From the NCBI RefSeq assembly GCF_964204645.1, contig NC_134029.1, positions 2,170,001 to 2,234,000 on the forward strand: DNA of 64,000 bases, in the 5' to 3' direction. Source of the DNA: Tubulanus polymorphus. Lineage: Eukaryota; Animalia; Nemertea. The notes beneath the pieces are model-generated. The model did no database searches. It worked only from the letters and a program-made list of their open reading frames with translations, and was not told the DNA's origin. This document shows positions 49,611-63,590 of this stretch, piece after piece. The translations under genes were made by a program, and so were the position numbers. Every line of letters begins with the position of its first letter. The stretch's first letter is position 1.

Positions 49611-52600
49611 TCAAGCACACGATGCACAAACTTGATTCAATGCTAATGGATTATGGTCACTGAGGAATACAAGTTGTTGTCTACCATCAGTCGTTTTGCC
49701 TAAAAGAAATAAACTCCTTAGTTATATTCATTTCAAGTGATCTATTTCTAATAGTAAATTCAATGATTTTACCTTCAGGATGTTGTATCCACAGTCGATC
49801 TTCATAGTAATCCATACAACTGTGAATCTCTTTTTCAGAATACTTCTGAACTTCTATCGGAATAAATGGATCCAACCATTCAAATCCCTGAAAACCGCAG
49901 ATAAACACTTTAAATCCAATCTGCTACCTGTACCCATCCCTTCAGATATGAAGTCCGGATGATCTGTTTTTCCATACAAGGTACTTAGTCTATTATCTAC
50001 GGGGCTGGTAAAAATCTGCATCTGTCGATTTTGTAGGGATGGCATTTTGAGGTGTGTTGATCACCCACTACGCTAAAGCTGTTCCCCTGGAACCCCTTGA
50101 CCTCACGAGTCGTTGGAGTCGTTACTAGCCGACCAGAATCCGGTCGTACCAATCACAGCGCTTGTAACAAACCGACATTAGACTTCTGTTTCTTTTCTCG
50201 TTAAATGGACCAATCTGCGAACGTTTTACCGATCAAGGAAGTATTTTGCAAATCGATATATGACGTCATACGCAACAGCGCCAGTAATGTAATCACGCTT
50301 CGTGAGGCCAGGGGGCTGGTGGAAGCGAGTTCCGGAGTGATACTGGACCCCTGGCAAGCGAGGATGGTTGGTCACAGCCAGCAGATTTTCTGAGGGGTGG
50401 TCACTGATGGCTGATTATTCGAGGGGTGGCCACTGATGGCTGATTATTCGAGGGGTGGCCACTGATGGCTGATTATTCGAGGGGTATATGGAACAGACAG
50501 CTGTAATCTGTAGAACTAATCCGTAATACATGTACACGATTGATAACTAACAAGTATCAGAATTCATTGTATATTTCTGACCTCTTTAGCCAATAGATAC
50601 TTTGGCAGCCACGATTCCCTTCGTTCTAATGATTGAGCTTTCACATCCACGGTTGCGACTACAGCGCCACCATTCTGTAAAATACGACAAGCGTCTTTAA
50701 TGATTGATTAATCAGATTGCTGTAGAAAAAGTATAAACTGAATCTTGCTCGGATCATACTAACCCAGTTGGCTTGTAATGCTTTCTTGAAATGATGAAGA
50801 AGGGTAAAACATTCAGTCGGGACCTGTATTAAATATAATAATATGAATGTAGTTAAGTGAAATTCACACTAAAATCCTAATACAAGGTGGCCACTTTGCT
50901 TTTTCCCTGACATGTATGTTGTATCTGCGTAGAATCCAATCAATTAACAAAGCCAGATTCATAAGACACAGACGGAAAATGTTTGATTTCATGATTTTTT
51001 AAAAAGAAATCCCTGGCTTTCCCTGATCTCCACGTAAGTGACCACCCAGTGATACACTAAACACACTTACAATTTTTCCTTGTTCATCCTTAATTTGAGC
51101 TGTTCCCCACAAAGCATTCACACCATCTATGGCTACCAACGTTTTAAACCTATCGACGAAAGAAATATCATAAGAGTCTCATTCATTAAGTTTCATAAAA
51201 CTTTCTTGTTCTAAATGCACCTACCCTCGTTTTGTAGTTTGTTCACGAAGTTCTTTCATTATAACACCGATACAGTCTGACGCATATTTCGGTCGATTGA
51301 TTCCCTGAATTTGATAGATAAAATGATCGAAGACATTTCTACGGAATCTTTTAAATTTGTAGATCACAAAACTGATCATCGATACAAACCTGATCAATGA
51401 TTGCATTTATATCAGATCCTTCTTCTGTCATTTCACGTTTACTCCATGTATATTGTTTACTTGTTTTCAACTGTAAAAATTCATTATATTATAGCAGGGC
51501 CCCTACAGATCAATCATTCCTGGATATACAGGGCCCCTACAGATCAATCATTCCTGGATATACAGGGCGCCTACAGATCTACTGGAGTTTTAAAGGAGAA
51601 AATTTCTAATTTTGAGGAATCACTTTCATATCCCAATTAAGTACGATCCTACTAAATTGTACCGTTTATCTCGGTAAACCGTTAATTTAAGCAAATTTTT
51701 ATCATTTACACTACCTAAACTTGGTTTCTAATTCAGTAACCTCCTGTAGATGTACCTGTAGTTGTTTAAGCAGCGTTCCGTTCCAAATCCTGAACTGTTT
51801 TAACCATTCGACCGATTGAATAGGAAGATCAACGCGTCCAGGTTTATACGTCGAAACGCTTATATCTTTACATCGCCATAACCAAGTAGCAGCTAAACGT
51901 ACATTGTCGAAGAGATAAGAGCTGTAGATTTAGCATCAGTAAAGAGAGACAAGAGTCTAGTGTTTAATACATACGCGAGCTGGCTGTCAGAATAATCCAA
52001 TTGTTCACCGCGCAGTAATGTATTACATGAGCTAGTGACAGAGATTTACCAGTTCCGTGATTACCATCTAATCATTCATAATCATAAATGAAAACAACGA
52101 ACAAACATTTCTAAGTTTAATTATCGGCATTGAGGAATCTGATTTAGTTAGGTTTAAGTTGAAGATAAAGGTTATAACCAGGTAAGGAAGAACTATGATG
52201 ATAAAGGATACAGAGTATATAACGTATTACAGGTACATCATAGTTAGCATTCTTCATGTAATGAATGGTTTCTAAAGCTGGTTTTCGCACCATTAAACAA
52301 CACTCCTGAAAAGTCTTCACCTGGAAAACCATATTGAAATAAGTTAATTATCAAGTGTGCATTCTAGTTAATCACATTCATGAATTCATGATCTCAGTCT
52401 TACGTCTTTAGTGAAATCAACTGGCATAAAATGATGAAGCCATGTTTCGTAATGTTGGTTTGGAACAGTATAAAATTGACCTTCTTGATGTAAACTATGT
52501 TGACTCTACAAAATCACAAGACACATAATTATCAAAGCGAATTCTTTTCATTATTCTATAGACATCGACCTTCCCTAACTTACAGGATCTGTGTAATTTG

Positions 52601-52978
52601 TTCTGAAGGCTGGACGACGCTCTGCTGTTTTTACATGACTAGCTTCTTCAGACATTAACTGTTCTATAACGCTTGGGCCCGGTTTCTGCGATGGTTCATT
52701 CTGTTCAGTTGTTCCGGTACTATACCGATAAACTCGCCCGCAGACTGTTGTATAAATAAATAAAAATTGGAATTGAATTGCCGTTCGTCAATCAGGCCTA
52801 AATCAGTTTTGTTCAACTGAATATGAGTGAGATTGGGGGAATACTAAGGGGTTTTAGGAATAAATATGCTCCTTCAAATGGTGAAAGTGATTGAGTCTCA
52901 TTCGAGGCATCATGAGAGGTATTTACCGGAATTTAAACGAGAAATCCTGAAAATCCGTGAAATCATGGGCGCTGCCAT
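49611..52978 (-). CDS. DAP3: 28S mitoribosomal protein S29 / death-associated protein 3
   Basis: Presequence [28 protein letters not shown]-loop [54 protein letters not shown]. Confidence 0.93.
50392..50484. repeat. 29-bp tandem repeat, 3.2 copies, in a DAP3 intron
   Basis: GAGGGGTGGCCACTGATGGCTGATTATTC. Confidence 0.9.
51495..51579. repeat. 34-bp tandem repeat, 2.5 copies, in a DAP3 intron
   Basis: CAGGGCCCCTACAGATCAATCATTCCTGGATATA. Confidence 0.88.
52068..52211 (-). other. Probable U12-type intron in DAP3
   Basis: 5' splice site GTATCCTTT; splicing restores [13 protein letters not shown]; branch site weak. Confidence 0.6.
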
Positions 52979-54579
52979 CTTGTCTGACTAATTACCACCC
53001 GGAACCGCGTGGTTCACTACTGACGGTTATTGCACTGACCCGGCGCCGGTCTCTAATTGCATTTCCTTTTTGCGGTATCTTTGGTTTCAAATTGACCAAT
53101 TTTACGAACAATAGCATCAATTGTGTTTAGATCCTGCCAACCCCATCCGTTCCGACCCTCAGAAAGTTTTGTGGAGGACATGCTGTGACCGCTCCATAGC
53201 ACCTCTTGCCGCAGTCGATGAGAAAAGACAATAACAGGCAGAGGTCTAGTTGAATAGAAATAAATTTTATTTGAATAGTTCTCAAATATTTGCAAAATAA
53301 TTGAAAGATCAAGATGGACGGATTATAACTACCAGTTATATACAGATTGACAAAATGTATCTCAGTAATCGAAGCGGTGCATGAAGAATAATTATTGTTT
53401 TGCCTATTATTCAATAAGTATTGACACAGTAACTGAAACCGTTTCCTCCATCTACGAAACATCCTTCCAACACAATCAGCTGCATCTATAGCGGCCACAT
53501 AAACACACATCATGATACATACATACATACAACAGGCAAAATCAAACACTATCCATATACAAATATAGAGCAGTATCCACAAAATAATGGAATCTTAATT
53601 CAGTTCAATAGTTCAATATGAAAGTTCACATTTACTCCAATTACTGGAAACTGGCTCTAAAAAACAATACACGTCGAGCAGCATGAAACATACAACAATC
53701 ACTCTCAACTCACTCCCAGCAATGAATACTGCGTGGTGTGTCTTAACAATTTAAAATAACTTCTCACAAGTCTGTAAGCCACATATCAAGTTCAAAGAAC
53801 ATTTTAGTGATCGCGTTTATCGTGAGATTGACATCGTACAGAAGTTATTTTATCTTATTCCGACGTCCGATAACATAGCTTTTATCAAATTTATGGTAAA
53901 ACAGTTGTAGTTGATCTGTCTATCAGGGTCTCGTCAAAATATGTAATCGGCTAAATTAAGGATTTCTATTCAGAGAATCCCGTCTCAATACAGTTTCAGT
54001 TACAGTATCAAATCATATTGGAAAATTATGTGTAAGAACCTGTGTTACTTCACTTCATGTTATTTTTAAATTTTTTTACATTTTCACAGAATCAATTTCT
54101 ATATGATTTTCCACGTTGTTTTAAATTTTCATGTTTCAGCCGTCAAATACATTTAAACTAACACGCACAATATACAAAATGTTACAACATTTATTGCAGT
54201 TTTAAGAGAAATTATCACATTGATGATTTTCCACTGGCATGTGGTTGTTTTTTATCAGCAGTTTCTTAGTGCTTTTAAGAGCAAGGACAGCAGATCGAAA
54301 ATTTTAAGGGAGAGCATCATGACACATAGTCGTGGGTTACATTTTGACCCTTTTTTGAATACATGTAACTGATTCTAGGGTAATGAAAACTACCAGTTAT
54401 ATTCTTTCTGTAAGTACTCACAAAATACTCAATGAAAAACAGAAATCAATTAAAATTCTAGACAAAGCAAACATCATACATGGAACTTATAGATAAATCT
54501 GTAACTAAATTGTGTATTAATCTAGGTTTGCTATACAAAAACAACATAAAACGAAAAACTAAACAATTTACAATTTTAA

Positions 54580-57500
54580 TTACTGTTCTGATAATTCTTG
54601 TTCCTGTGTCGACTCTTCTACTGTCACTGGTTCCTCCACTATTTCCTCTTTATTCTCTATTTTTTCCTCATTTTCATTATCATTCACATTAGCATCCTCA
54701 GTTTCGGGCTCAGTAACATTTTCCTCTGGTTTTACTTCATCTAAAATCAATAATTCATTCAAATGATAATACACGATAATCCCTGATTCACATTAGAATT
54801 CGCAGCCCTGAACCAACTCTCTTCAAACACCATTCAAGTGTTTCGACAATCACTTTTGCAATACAGTAAGTCCATTATTTTAAGTTGGATCTTTCTGGAA
54901 ATTAGATGCAGAATTATGTAGAAATTTGGCTTATAAAATCTGACTCAAATGGGCTCGACTGTACATATAACTGTATTTGTAGAGCGAACATTGCCTAAGT
55001 TTAAGCAGCAGATTGAACGCCTACCGGTTGCCGGAATCGGACTATCGAATGAAGAATTGCGGTTGTTTTTCCAGTCGACTAAACGTTCCATACACGGTCT
55101 GTTCGCGTGATTGACATGCTTCGATACTCGATACATCATTTTATGAGCCATCGCTATACCGTACTGTACTCTAGACGAACTGATCGCTTCTTTATCGTTC
55201 ATAGCTCGAGCAATGTCGTACGCCTTCGTGAAATACATCGCAGCTTCCTCGTATTGACTCTACAGTGAATATATACATGCACACATTTTCACAGAATATT
55301 CCGATAGATAATGCTGTTAAATTTGATGCATCACCCCCACAAAATGATTATATTGTAACTTTTAATTATTCGGACGATCCCCAGATTTATCAAAATCTCT
55401 CTTTAAAAAAAAAAAAACAGTAAGGAATGTTATTTTTCAAAAATATGATTGAAAATAACATTCATGAAGCGTGTTTCTCTTAAAACGAGATCTAGAAAAA
55501 TCTCGAATAACATAAGAAAAATTAACGTACGATCATCGGGATCATTCTATGCCGTGAGTACAGCAGTTTATTATTCATCGAGCTGTTCTGTGTTTTAGAT
55601 GAATTACTTACAAGTGAATTGAAAACTGCCCCTAAATCGCTACAAGCTCGACTGACAGCTTTCTTATTTTCACTTCGTTCGGCAACTTCCACAAACATTT
55701 TCAGATACTTGATCGTTTCGTCAATTTTTTCTTGTCTGAAAATTCAAGAATGAACATGATTCCAGACGACATAAGACTATATGTGCTGTAGTATTAGTAA
55801 TATAACACTTTACCTTTGATAAGCCTGAGCCAGAGCCTCACACGCTAATCCTAAACCATCATCATCTTTTAATTCTTGGCACATTTCAAAGAACCTCATC
55901 AGATACTGAAAATACAAGAAAACTAAGGTATTCATTTATTCTACATTTCAAGGGCGAAGCATTTCATCGTAATGTACCAGAACGAAATACTTACAACTAA
56001 TGCAGTTTCAGCGTCTGCGGTTTTCTCATAACCCTGACCCAATCTATAACTGGCTTCACCTTCAAGTTTCTTATCTCCACCTTCCTGCGCCATGTTGTAT
56101 GCCTTCAGTAGATATTCCAAACACTGCGATTCATCGGTTGGTTCCAGTTTATACGCGATTGTTGTATATATTCGAACAAGATGATTACAAGCCTCCGCGT
56201 GTAAAGTTTGATCGTTATTATTCAACCAATCGTCATGATTTAACGTTAGTTCGTGATAAGATTCGAAATGTTCAGCAGCGTTGGAATAATCTCCTGAAAT
56301 TAAACGGACTGACTCTTATTAATCGATGAATTATGAAACAGTTGACGTAACTTAACGTACATAAAACTTCTAAATAAAATAACTCAATTGAAAAACACAT
56401 TATATCCTCAAATAAACCAAAATCTTTCTAGAAATTTCTTTAATTTGGCAAACAGTGGACTCTTTTCGATTCGGATCCAATCAACTTTGAAATTGTCTAA
56501 ATTGTCTTTTTTTCTCATTCGATACATTTTCACTGATACGTACCATTTTCCTCTACGGCTAAACCCATGTTACAGTGACCCTCAGATAATGTGAGATTGT
56601 CGTCATCTGTTACTTGTGAACTGATTGATAAACACTGACTGAAGAAATGATCCGACAGCCATTTATCGGATGTCTGTTGGAAATAACGAGCGAGCTCGTG
56701 CAAAGATTTATAAACTACTTTCGGGTTTCCTGCAAGAAATTAAAAGAAAATGTTCAAATATCTTAGAGTACGGTGAAAATGATGAAAACGCTTTGTAAAT
56801 TGAATTGAAAATATAAATTGGGACTCCAAAAAGTATTAATGTGAAAACTCATTCGATGACTTCCCCAAGTTAGATTACTGCATGATGATTCCTTACTAGT
56901 GAAGACAGGGATCCTAGAGACATGACCCTAGAGTTTGATAGCCTCCGACCGAAACTTAGGACGATCAGATGCATTGTTTTTCACCGGAAGATTTGCTCTA
57001 TAAACGCAATGCATCTGATTGGCTAGACTGGTGGTCGCTGAGTGGCAACCTGTCTGCCTAAGAAATCTTGGCCCATCTTCATTTGTGTTAGCGTGAGTAT
57101 CGGCGGGAGGCAATCAAACCCTGGCAAGCGAGGGTGGAGCTTATGTGTAACATCGTTTCTTATGAATTATTATTATGCATTTTTGGTGTCGAACAGCCAG
57201 TATGTTACGGACCCAGGGGAGATCGCAGACAAACCTCTTCGACCGCCAGATTCAGCTTCAGTTAAATATTGCTGTAATACATTCAATTTGTCATGTTCAT
57301 CTTCGAGTAGAACTTGATTCCACGTGATTGAATCGGGTCCGGCTCGTTCGCGATCAGCTCTCTGTTGATTCACTAACGCAAACAGCTCCGAAAATGAACG
57401 ATGAAATCCTTTTTCCAACATATCTAAACATAAATTATGCAGATACGAGTTTCGGTATCTGAAACATAGAAGACAGAGAAAAATTCAACCCCAAATTTGA

Positions 57501-57799
57501 ACCTACTCTTAACGAATGACCCAGAACATAACGTCATCTAGTGGGGATTAATTGAAATCTTACATCGATGTGTCCGGTTTTGTTAACATCGGTTGCTGAG
57601 CTCGTAGATATTGATGTTTTAGTTCTCGCTCTCGGTCGGCTTTGCCTTGAGCTCTTTTTATCGGTTTTAAATAGATTTTGTTCGGTGTTTTAATCGTATT
57701 TACTGGAATCATCTCTTCCATCATCATCGGAGTTCCTGATGCTGCTCCTCCAGCAGGGCTCCCAGCCGCCGAGTGACTCATTGCTGTCGCCGCCGCCAT
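54580..57799 (-). CDS. TTC29: Tetratricopeptide repeat protein 29
   Basis: NLCLDMLEKGFHRSFSELFAL, YLTEAE, WLSDHFF, EGEASYRLG, ACEALAQAY, SRVQYGIAMAHKMM, acidic tail. Confidence 0.88.
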
Positions 57800-58203
57800 T
57801 TTTATTCACTATAGAGTAAAAATAAATAATTAGGTTACATTCAATACTTTCCACAGTAAAACCACCTCAGCATTTTTGACTGAACCAGACACTTCTATAG
57901 TAATTGGTGCCGTGGGTGACTTTAATAAAATGACGACAGGTCAGGGAGCCAAGAATGAAAGAAAACAGGCAAAGGCCAGGGGCTGAAAGAAATTTGTCCG
58001 TCAGTTGTCACTCAATTTCAATACCTGTTTGATAATCAAATTAGTTTTTGCTTGATATTGTTGAAGATCCTTTCCTATTTTTCCTGCTAAGTTATGAATT
58101 TACGCCGAAACTTGTGACCAAACATCTTTTAAAGGCACACTAGGCCCAATAAACAAGTAAACTGAATACTAACGAAACAAAATGGTGAAAAATTGTTTCC
58201 GCA

Positions 58204-58216
58204 GTTACTAAGCAAC
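58204..58216. promoter_or_regulatory. RFX X-box upstream of TTC29
   Basis: GTTACTAAGCAAC (reverse complement GTTGCTTAGTAAC); forkhead-like ATAAACA near 58149. Confidence 0.6.
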
Positions 58217-61200
58217 GGACAGAATTGACTCGTGTCTACCGTAAATCTACTGCCGCCGCAGTAAGGTGTATAAAACAAAATATCCCGAAAATACGTGTAG
58301 ATGTAATATTCAGAAGTTAATTATTGATAAGTGTGTTGAGATAAATATATCATATAGATAGCTATTCATCTAACGTTCACTGTCTCTGTAATTGTGGGGT
58401 TCGAACTCAATATATTATCCTGCGTTATTATCTGTATACGGATGCAATAATTTTTTGAATTGGAATTTGAATTGAATTGTATAACCCGCATGCCACAGTA
58501 TGAATATAGACCGATGTCAAATTAACCTGTTATGTGCTGCCCTCGACGGTGAATATGCTGTATTTGTGGGATCCTCGCTTCCCTCGGCGTGCTATCAATC
58601 ATAACTCGTTCAAAAGTAACTCAAAGAGGTTTTTCGATGCCTGATCAAAATTGAATGCCATATGATTATGGCGGAAAATAGAATTGCGGTGGGCGGAAGG
58701 AATAAATGAGCCCTGTCAGGCTAAAACGCCAAAAAGTCGACTGGTCGGGGGATGGACCCGGTAACAGACGACGGGCGCCGCGGCAGTGCGGAGTCGTTCA
58801 ACCATCATTGTTAGGCGCACACCTACTACAATTCTACAACTACTACATCCAAAGGTCCGCACTTCATGATTTCATTCAATACTTTTGTTACCTCAAATTC
58901 CAGTAAAATACGATTGTTTTCAGAATATTAAGTTAATGTGTGGCTCTATAGACTGATTTTTTGTTGGGGCTCTCTTTTACTCAATTTTTGTCACACAGGT
59001 TTCGCATCTGCGGTATGTTTAACGAGTTTAGCTTGTCCGTCGGACTTCAATCGTCAAACTTAAGTTTTAAATGTTACAACTCGCAAAGGCCCATCGATAG
59101 CATCGAAAACTTTCTCGCATGGAACATTAAGTAAGTTAGGCCTATGCATTATCTGGAATGAAACAAACTCTTTAAAACGGATCAATATGGACTTCTAACT
59201 CAAACTCTTACAGTTAAAAGTCAGTCTTACAGTTTTTCGGTTTCGGGTTCGGTTTGATTTATGTATCCGACATTAACTGACAGATAGGCCTACATGCAGT
59301 GCAGAATGGGTTCATTTTAATAGAGAACCGCAGTTTATGGTGCGAAGATGGAAAGGACAAGTTTAGTGACCCAACGTTGAGATGATAGCTCGTAGCCAAT
59401 AGTATCTCGACCATTCTTTGTGTTGCTCACGTATGTCTCCCGTAGAGATCAGAATCATACCCACCTCTGGCGAATATAATGTAGTCTGATTGTTCGAATT
59501 TCTTATTCTATCCTTCAGGATTTATTCGGAATGGAATTGCGCTGAAACTAATTCAGGATTTATACAAATTGTTCTCAAGGACTGAACTGTTGTTAAAAAC
59601 ACACAGATTAAAATGAATAATTGACTTTGAATCTCGGGATAATCACTGGATTCTACATACACACAGAGGATTGGTTAAACTGTGAGTTAGAAAAGATTAA
59701 CAGCTGAAATTATGTTTTATAGTTAGCTACTAGGAACTTACTTGGTGAGTTAGTAAGTTATAGAAATGCATGGAAATCAATACAATTTCAAATAGAATGC
59801 ACTGAATTAATGTGGGCTCTTTTAGTGAGGGTCCTGGAGGGTCTGATGGAGAAAGCGGTTTATACCTAACATCTTTGTTTTAGGGCCTGTATTTCATGCT
59901 TCTTTTTCCAGGGTTTCTCTCTATTTTCAGGTGTTTTTCTTTTATTTCCGAATTTCTAAATCATTAATTTTCAAAACATTGTTATACTAGACAACGACTA
60001 TGTAAATAAATTAGTTGAAATAAACATGACAATTTCAGGGTCATCGCCGAGACAAGACCCCCTAGGCCGCAGAACGCCGGTTCAAAGTCTACACCCCAAC
60101 ACAGAAGCTTGAAAAACAAGAGTGGCCTGAAACAGGTGCGGCTTGTATGTTCTATTTCAGTGAGAAGAACAAGACCCCCGAGTCACAGAAGATTGAACCT
60201 TAAAGATGACAGAGTGACTTGAAAATTTCAGTGTGAGCTGTTAAGATTCATATTCTATTTCAGTATCCCCTCACACCTACCCTCACCCTAAAACACCAAA
60301 ATATGATCGTAGGTTCACTTAGAATAGATAGTGATAATTCGTAAATTAGAACATAATTTCAGCTGTTAATATAAAATACAGTACTAATTTCAAGTGGAAC
60401 TCTGAAAATAAATGTTTCTTTTCAAGTGGACCCGATTGAAAATGTTTGACGTGGGTTATGTGTGATTTGAGTAAGATGAGGAGTTGAACTCTACTTCTTA
60501 TAGAATACAAGTTACACAAACTGGTTTCAGGTTTAGATAGGACCCCCAGTTTTATAACTCCTTACCAGAGAGGTATTCTTAACTCGTATCAGTGAAAACA
60601 TTATCTATTGCGAGCATAAATTTATCACAGAATTGAGATTCAACAATTTATTACAATCATTCTATAGTTATAAATGTTGAATGTGGCTGCGACATTTGTA
60701 AGGCATCATTTTGAAGTCATTTCGTGCCCTTCTATTTGAAGTCCGTGGCTCTTTTTAAGTCATTTCGTGCCGTTTTATTTTGAAGTCATCTTGCTTATGG
60801 CATTTTTTCTGCCTGTTTACGATTCTAGGTAAGGGAGGTCTAAAAATCGCGCGAGTAATATTATAATTTTGCTGTGTTCAATTTATCAACCTTCTCGTCG
60901 CCGTAGCTGTGACGATCATCTGATGGACGTATCCGAGTAACGACCTACACGTAGCGAGTTAGAAATAGGCCAACAAATCGGAACTCAAGACATGACTTCA
61001 ATGTGAATGAAACGACTTAACACAAGTTTGAATTTAATCCACTTCAAAAATCTTTCAGGTTTTGGTGTTTGTGTTGGCTTCCTCGTAAGATGGCGGATGT
61101 TCATCTGTTTGACATCGCTGTATCAGAGGATCATACACCGTTATAGGATTGGATTTAGGCTGTAGGTAAGACACGGTACTTGGGGGTTGATTCCTTCTTA

Positions 61201-61675
61201 AAATCTCTTTATTTCATTTATGTGCACAGGTTCCATCAGCGCGGTACATTCCAGGCTTCAACGGACTATTAACTCGGTGAATCATTTGAAATCACAATAT
61301 CCATGATGTAGTGTAAAATTTAAGGTTTATTTTTAGCACAATTTCTACAAAATATTGGCGCTTAATTCTAAAAGCTATCTCCATGCTTTCAGTGTTAATT
61401 TAACATATCATATAAAAGCTTAAACATCAACGTGAAAGGTAACACATAACTTAGGATGAACTAGATCTCAAAGTAAGTATTGTGGTTTCAAGTATACGTA
61501 ACTTAAGTAAATGCAAATGAAAGAGTTGCACACATAAGGAGAGCTGCACATAGACACTGAAAGAACTCAACTACTGGCAGTTTTCATATTCAACGTTGCT
61601 GCTGGTACTGTCTTAGGAATGTTTTTTTTTTCTGGCCAAATCAAAAACAAGTAATCTTGGTAATCAAATCATAAC

Positions 61676-62983
61676 TCATGATGAAAAAGAGTTCAGGAAA
61701 AATGTTACAATGCTCATTAATGATACAATATATATAGAAATTGAAAATTTGTGACTGTGATTAAGAAGCATTTGAAGTCTAGCTGCTTCGAGAGATGCTA
61801 CTTTGTCATTTGGATTTGGTGTCGAACTTCCATTGAACCACATACGAAAACACATTTCATCATCACTAGCAACGACGTATGACTGATCCCAGATTTGTTC
61901 GCAGAACTTTTTAGCTGTTTTGAAGTGATACGTAAAAGTCTTACACATTGAACCTTCTGGACAGCGGTTAGTTCCTGGAAAACATATCGGTGAAATAACT
62001 ATCATTACCAAATCTTCTTAATGGAAGTTACTTCTATAGATTGTCAGTAGACTAGCATTACCTGTAGTCCAATTAAATCCATAAGCCCAATTAGACCGGC
62101 AAGTGTATTCATCTTTACAATCATTCCACCAGCTATCGCACTCACTCTTGCACAGAGGAACTTTCACGAATCGTTCATTTCTAATTTTAGACTGGGATAC
62201 CTAGAACACAAAATGTTGAAATCAATTAAGACCTTCAATATTGTGAATCTAATATCCGTAGAGGTTGATATCAAAGTTTTACAATCAGGAAAAAGATTAA
62301 GGAAGAAGAATTGATAAAAGTGTAGCTAATTACCTTCACAAGCCAAGGACCAACGTTTGGTGAACACTCATAAAAACAGAGATCTCTAAGAAAATGCCTT
62401 TTACATTTAGCGGACATGTGATGACCAGGGCAGTGGTTATAATTGAAGTTATACATCACATGCTGTTTAGTAATATTTTCTGATATGTCCGTCGTACAGC
62501 ACGACCGTTTCTGCCAATCACTGCACTGAATGAACAAAAATAACACAATTTTCTTGAATATAAATTTGAATATTCATTCAGATTAATAATGAAGGTGCAT
62601 TAACCCTTTCGGTGCATCTGCATTGCAGTGCGGTGTGTAAATCAGTCATAATGACTTAGCTACCTGTTAAACATAGTGAAATATAAGTAACTAACGATAC
62701 ATACACCGTGCGTTATGCATCGCACTGGGGTGAATTGTTTAAAACTTATCTCCAGCACTTTCAGGTATTTAATTAGTCAGCACTGAAAGGGTTTAATAAT
62801 ACTTACCGGTCCATGTAAAACGCTTTCTTCAGTCGGCACTTGTTTGTGGTGGTTTCCGCGAGGACATATATTCAAAAAATCACCGGCACTTTTTAGATAT
62901 TTCAATCTATTTTCTGTATTGACATCAGTAAACAGTAATGCACTGATGATTACAAGTAGCAGTAATGATGATGTTGATGACAT
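61676..62983 (-). CDS. FOLR: Folate receptor family protein (signal peptide and GPI-like tail)
   Basis: Four exons: CPRGNHHKQVP, QCSDWQKRSCC, FNYNHC, CKRHFLRDLCFYECSPNVGPW, VPLCKSECDSWWNDC, CFRMWF, NPNDKVA, hydrophobic C-terminus. Confidence 0.92.
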
Positions 62984-63533
62984 CACTGAATTCTACAGAA
63001 AACAAACAGAAAAAAATTACAAACAAGACACCGAATTTCTGGTGTTGAAAGTCGTGAGCCCACAGCAAAATTCACATTACAAATCTTGTCTTTGAACTTC
63101 ATAAAGACAAGATCAAACACTAAACATACCAGTTGTTTTTCGATCATATTATTATAAGGAAAAATCAACGATTTACGAAGAATTATTCTTTAGTAGGCAC
63201 ACTATTAGGTTACAATTTAAATGTTTAAGTCGTCGTATCGTGTCTAACATTTTTGAGTCAATAAAGTTTTATTGAATTGTATTGTATTGTTACGAAGAAG
63301 ACGCGTGAATGCAACAGTATTTTCCAATTGATAAAGTAAAGTTATAATGTGCGATGAAGTACAAATTATATTTTCAATTTTTCTGCATTGTAAAATTTCA
63401 TCGGAATTTCACATAACACAGAGTTATGTGATTTGCAACGATTGTGGAGGCGCTAATTTACGCAACATTTTAGTACAGCCGGTTCGCAACATATTAGTTT
63501 GCTAAATTTTTTCTCGCGGAACAAGAACGAAAG

Positions 63534-63590
63534 ATGCCGAAAACAAAGGAATTCATCAGTTCTTCCGAAGATTCAGATTCTGAAGTTGAG
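63534..63590 (+). CDS. SUB1: First coding exon of transcriptional coactivator PC4 (gene continues beyond the window)
   Basis: MPKTKEFISSSEDSDSEVE|gtgagt resembles the PC4 N-terminus MPKSKELVSSSSS…DSDSEVD. Confidence 0.7.

Noticed and set aside
53130-53240. Structured ncRNA upstream of DAP3
   Set aside because: Only 5 bp of terminal complementarity (CTGCC/GGCAG); no convincing C/D, H/ACA or Sm motifs.
58706-58906. 66-aa GC-rich ORF between TTC29 and FOLR
   Set aside because: No recognisable motifs or consistent splice structure.
60039-60262. Small + strand exons of a hidden gene
   Set aside because: The apparent introns are only about 26-30 nt and frames hit stops. The two blocks share ACAAGACCCCC, CACAGAAG and TTCTATTTCAG, so this is a decayed local duplication.
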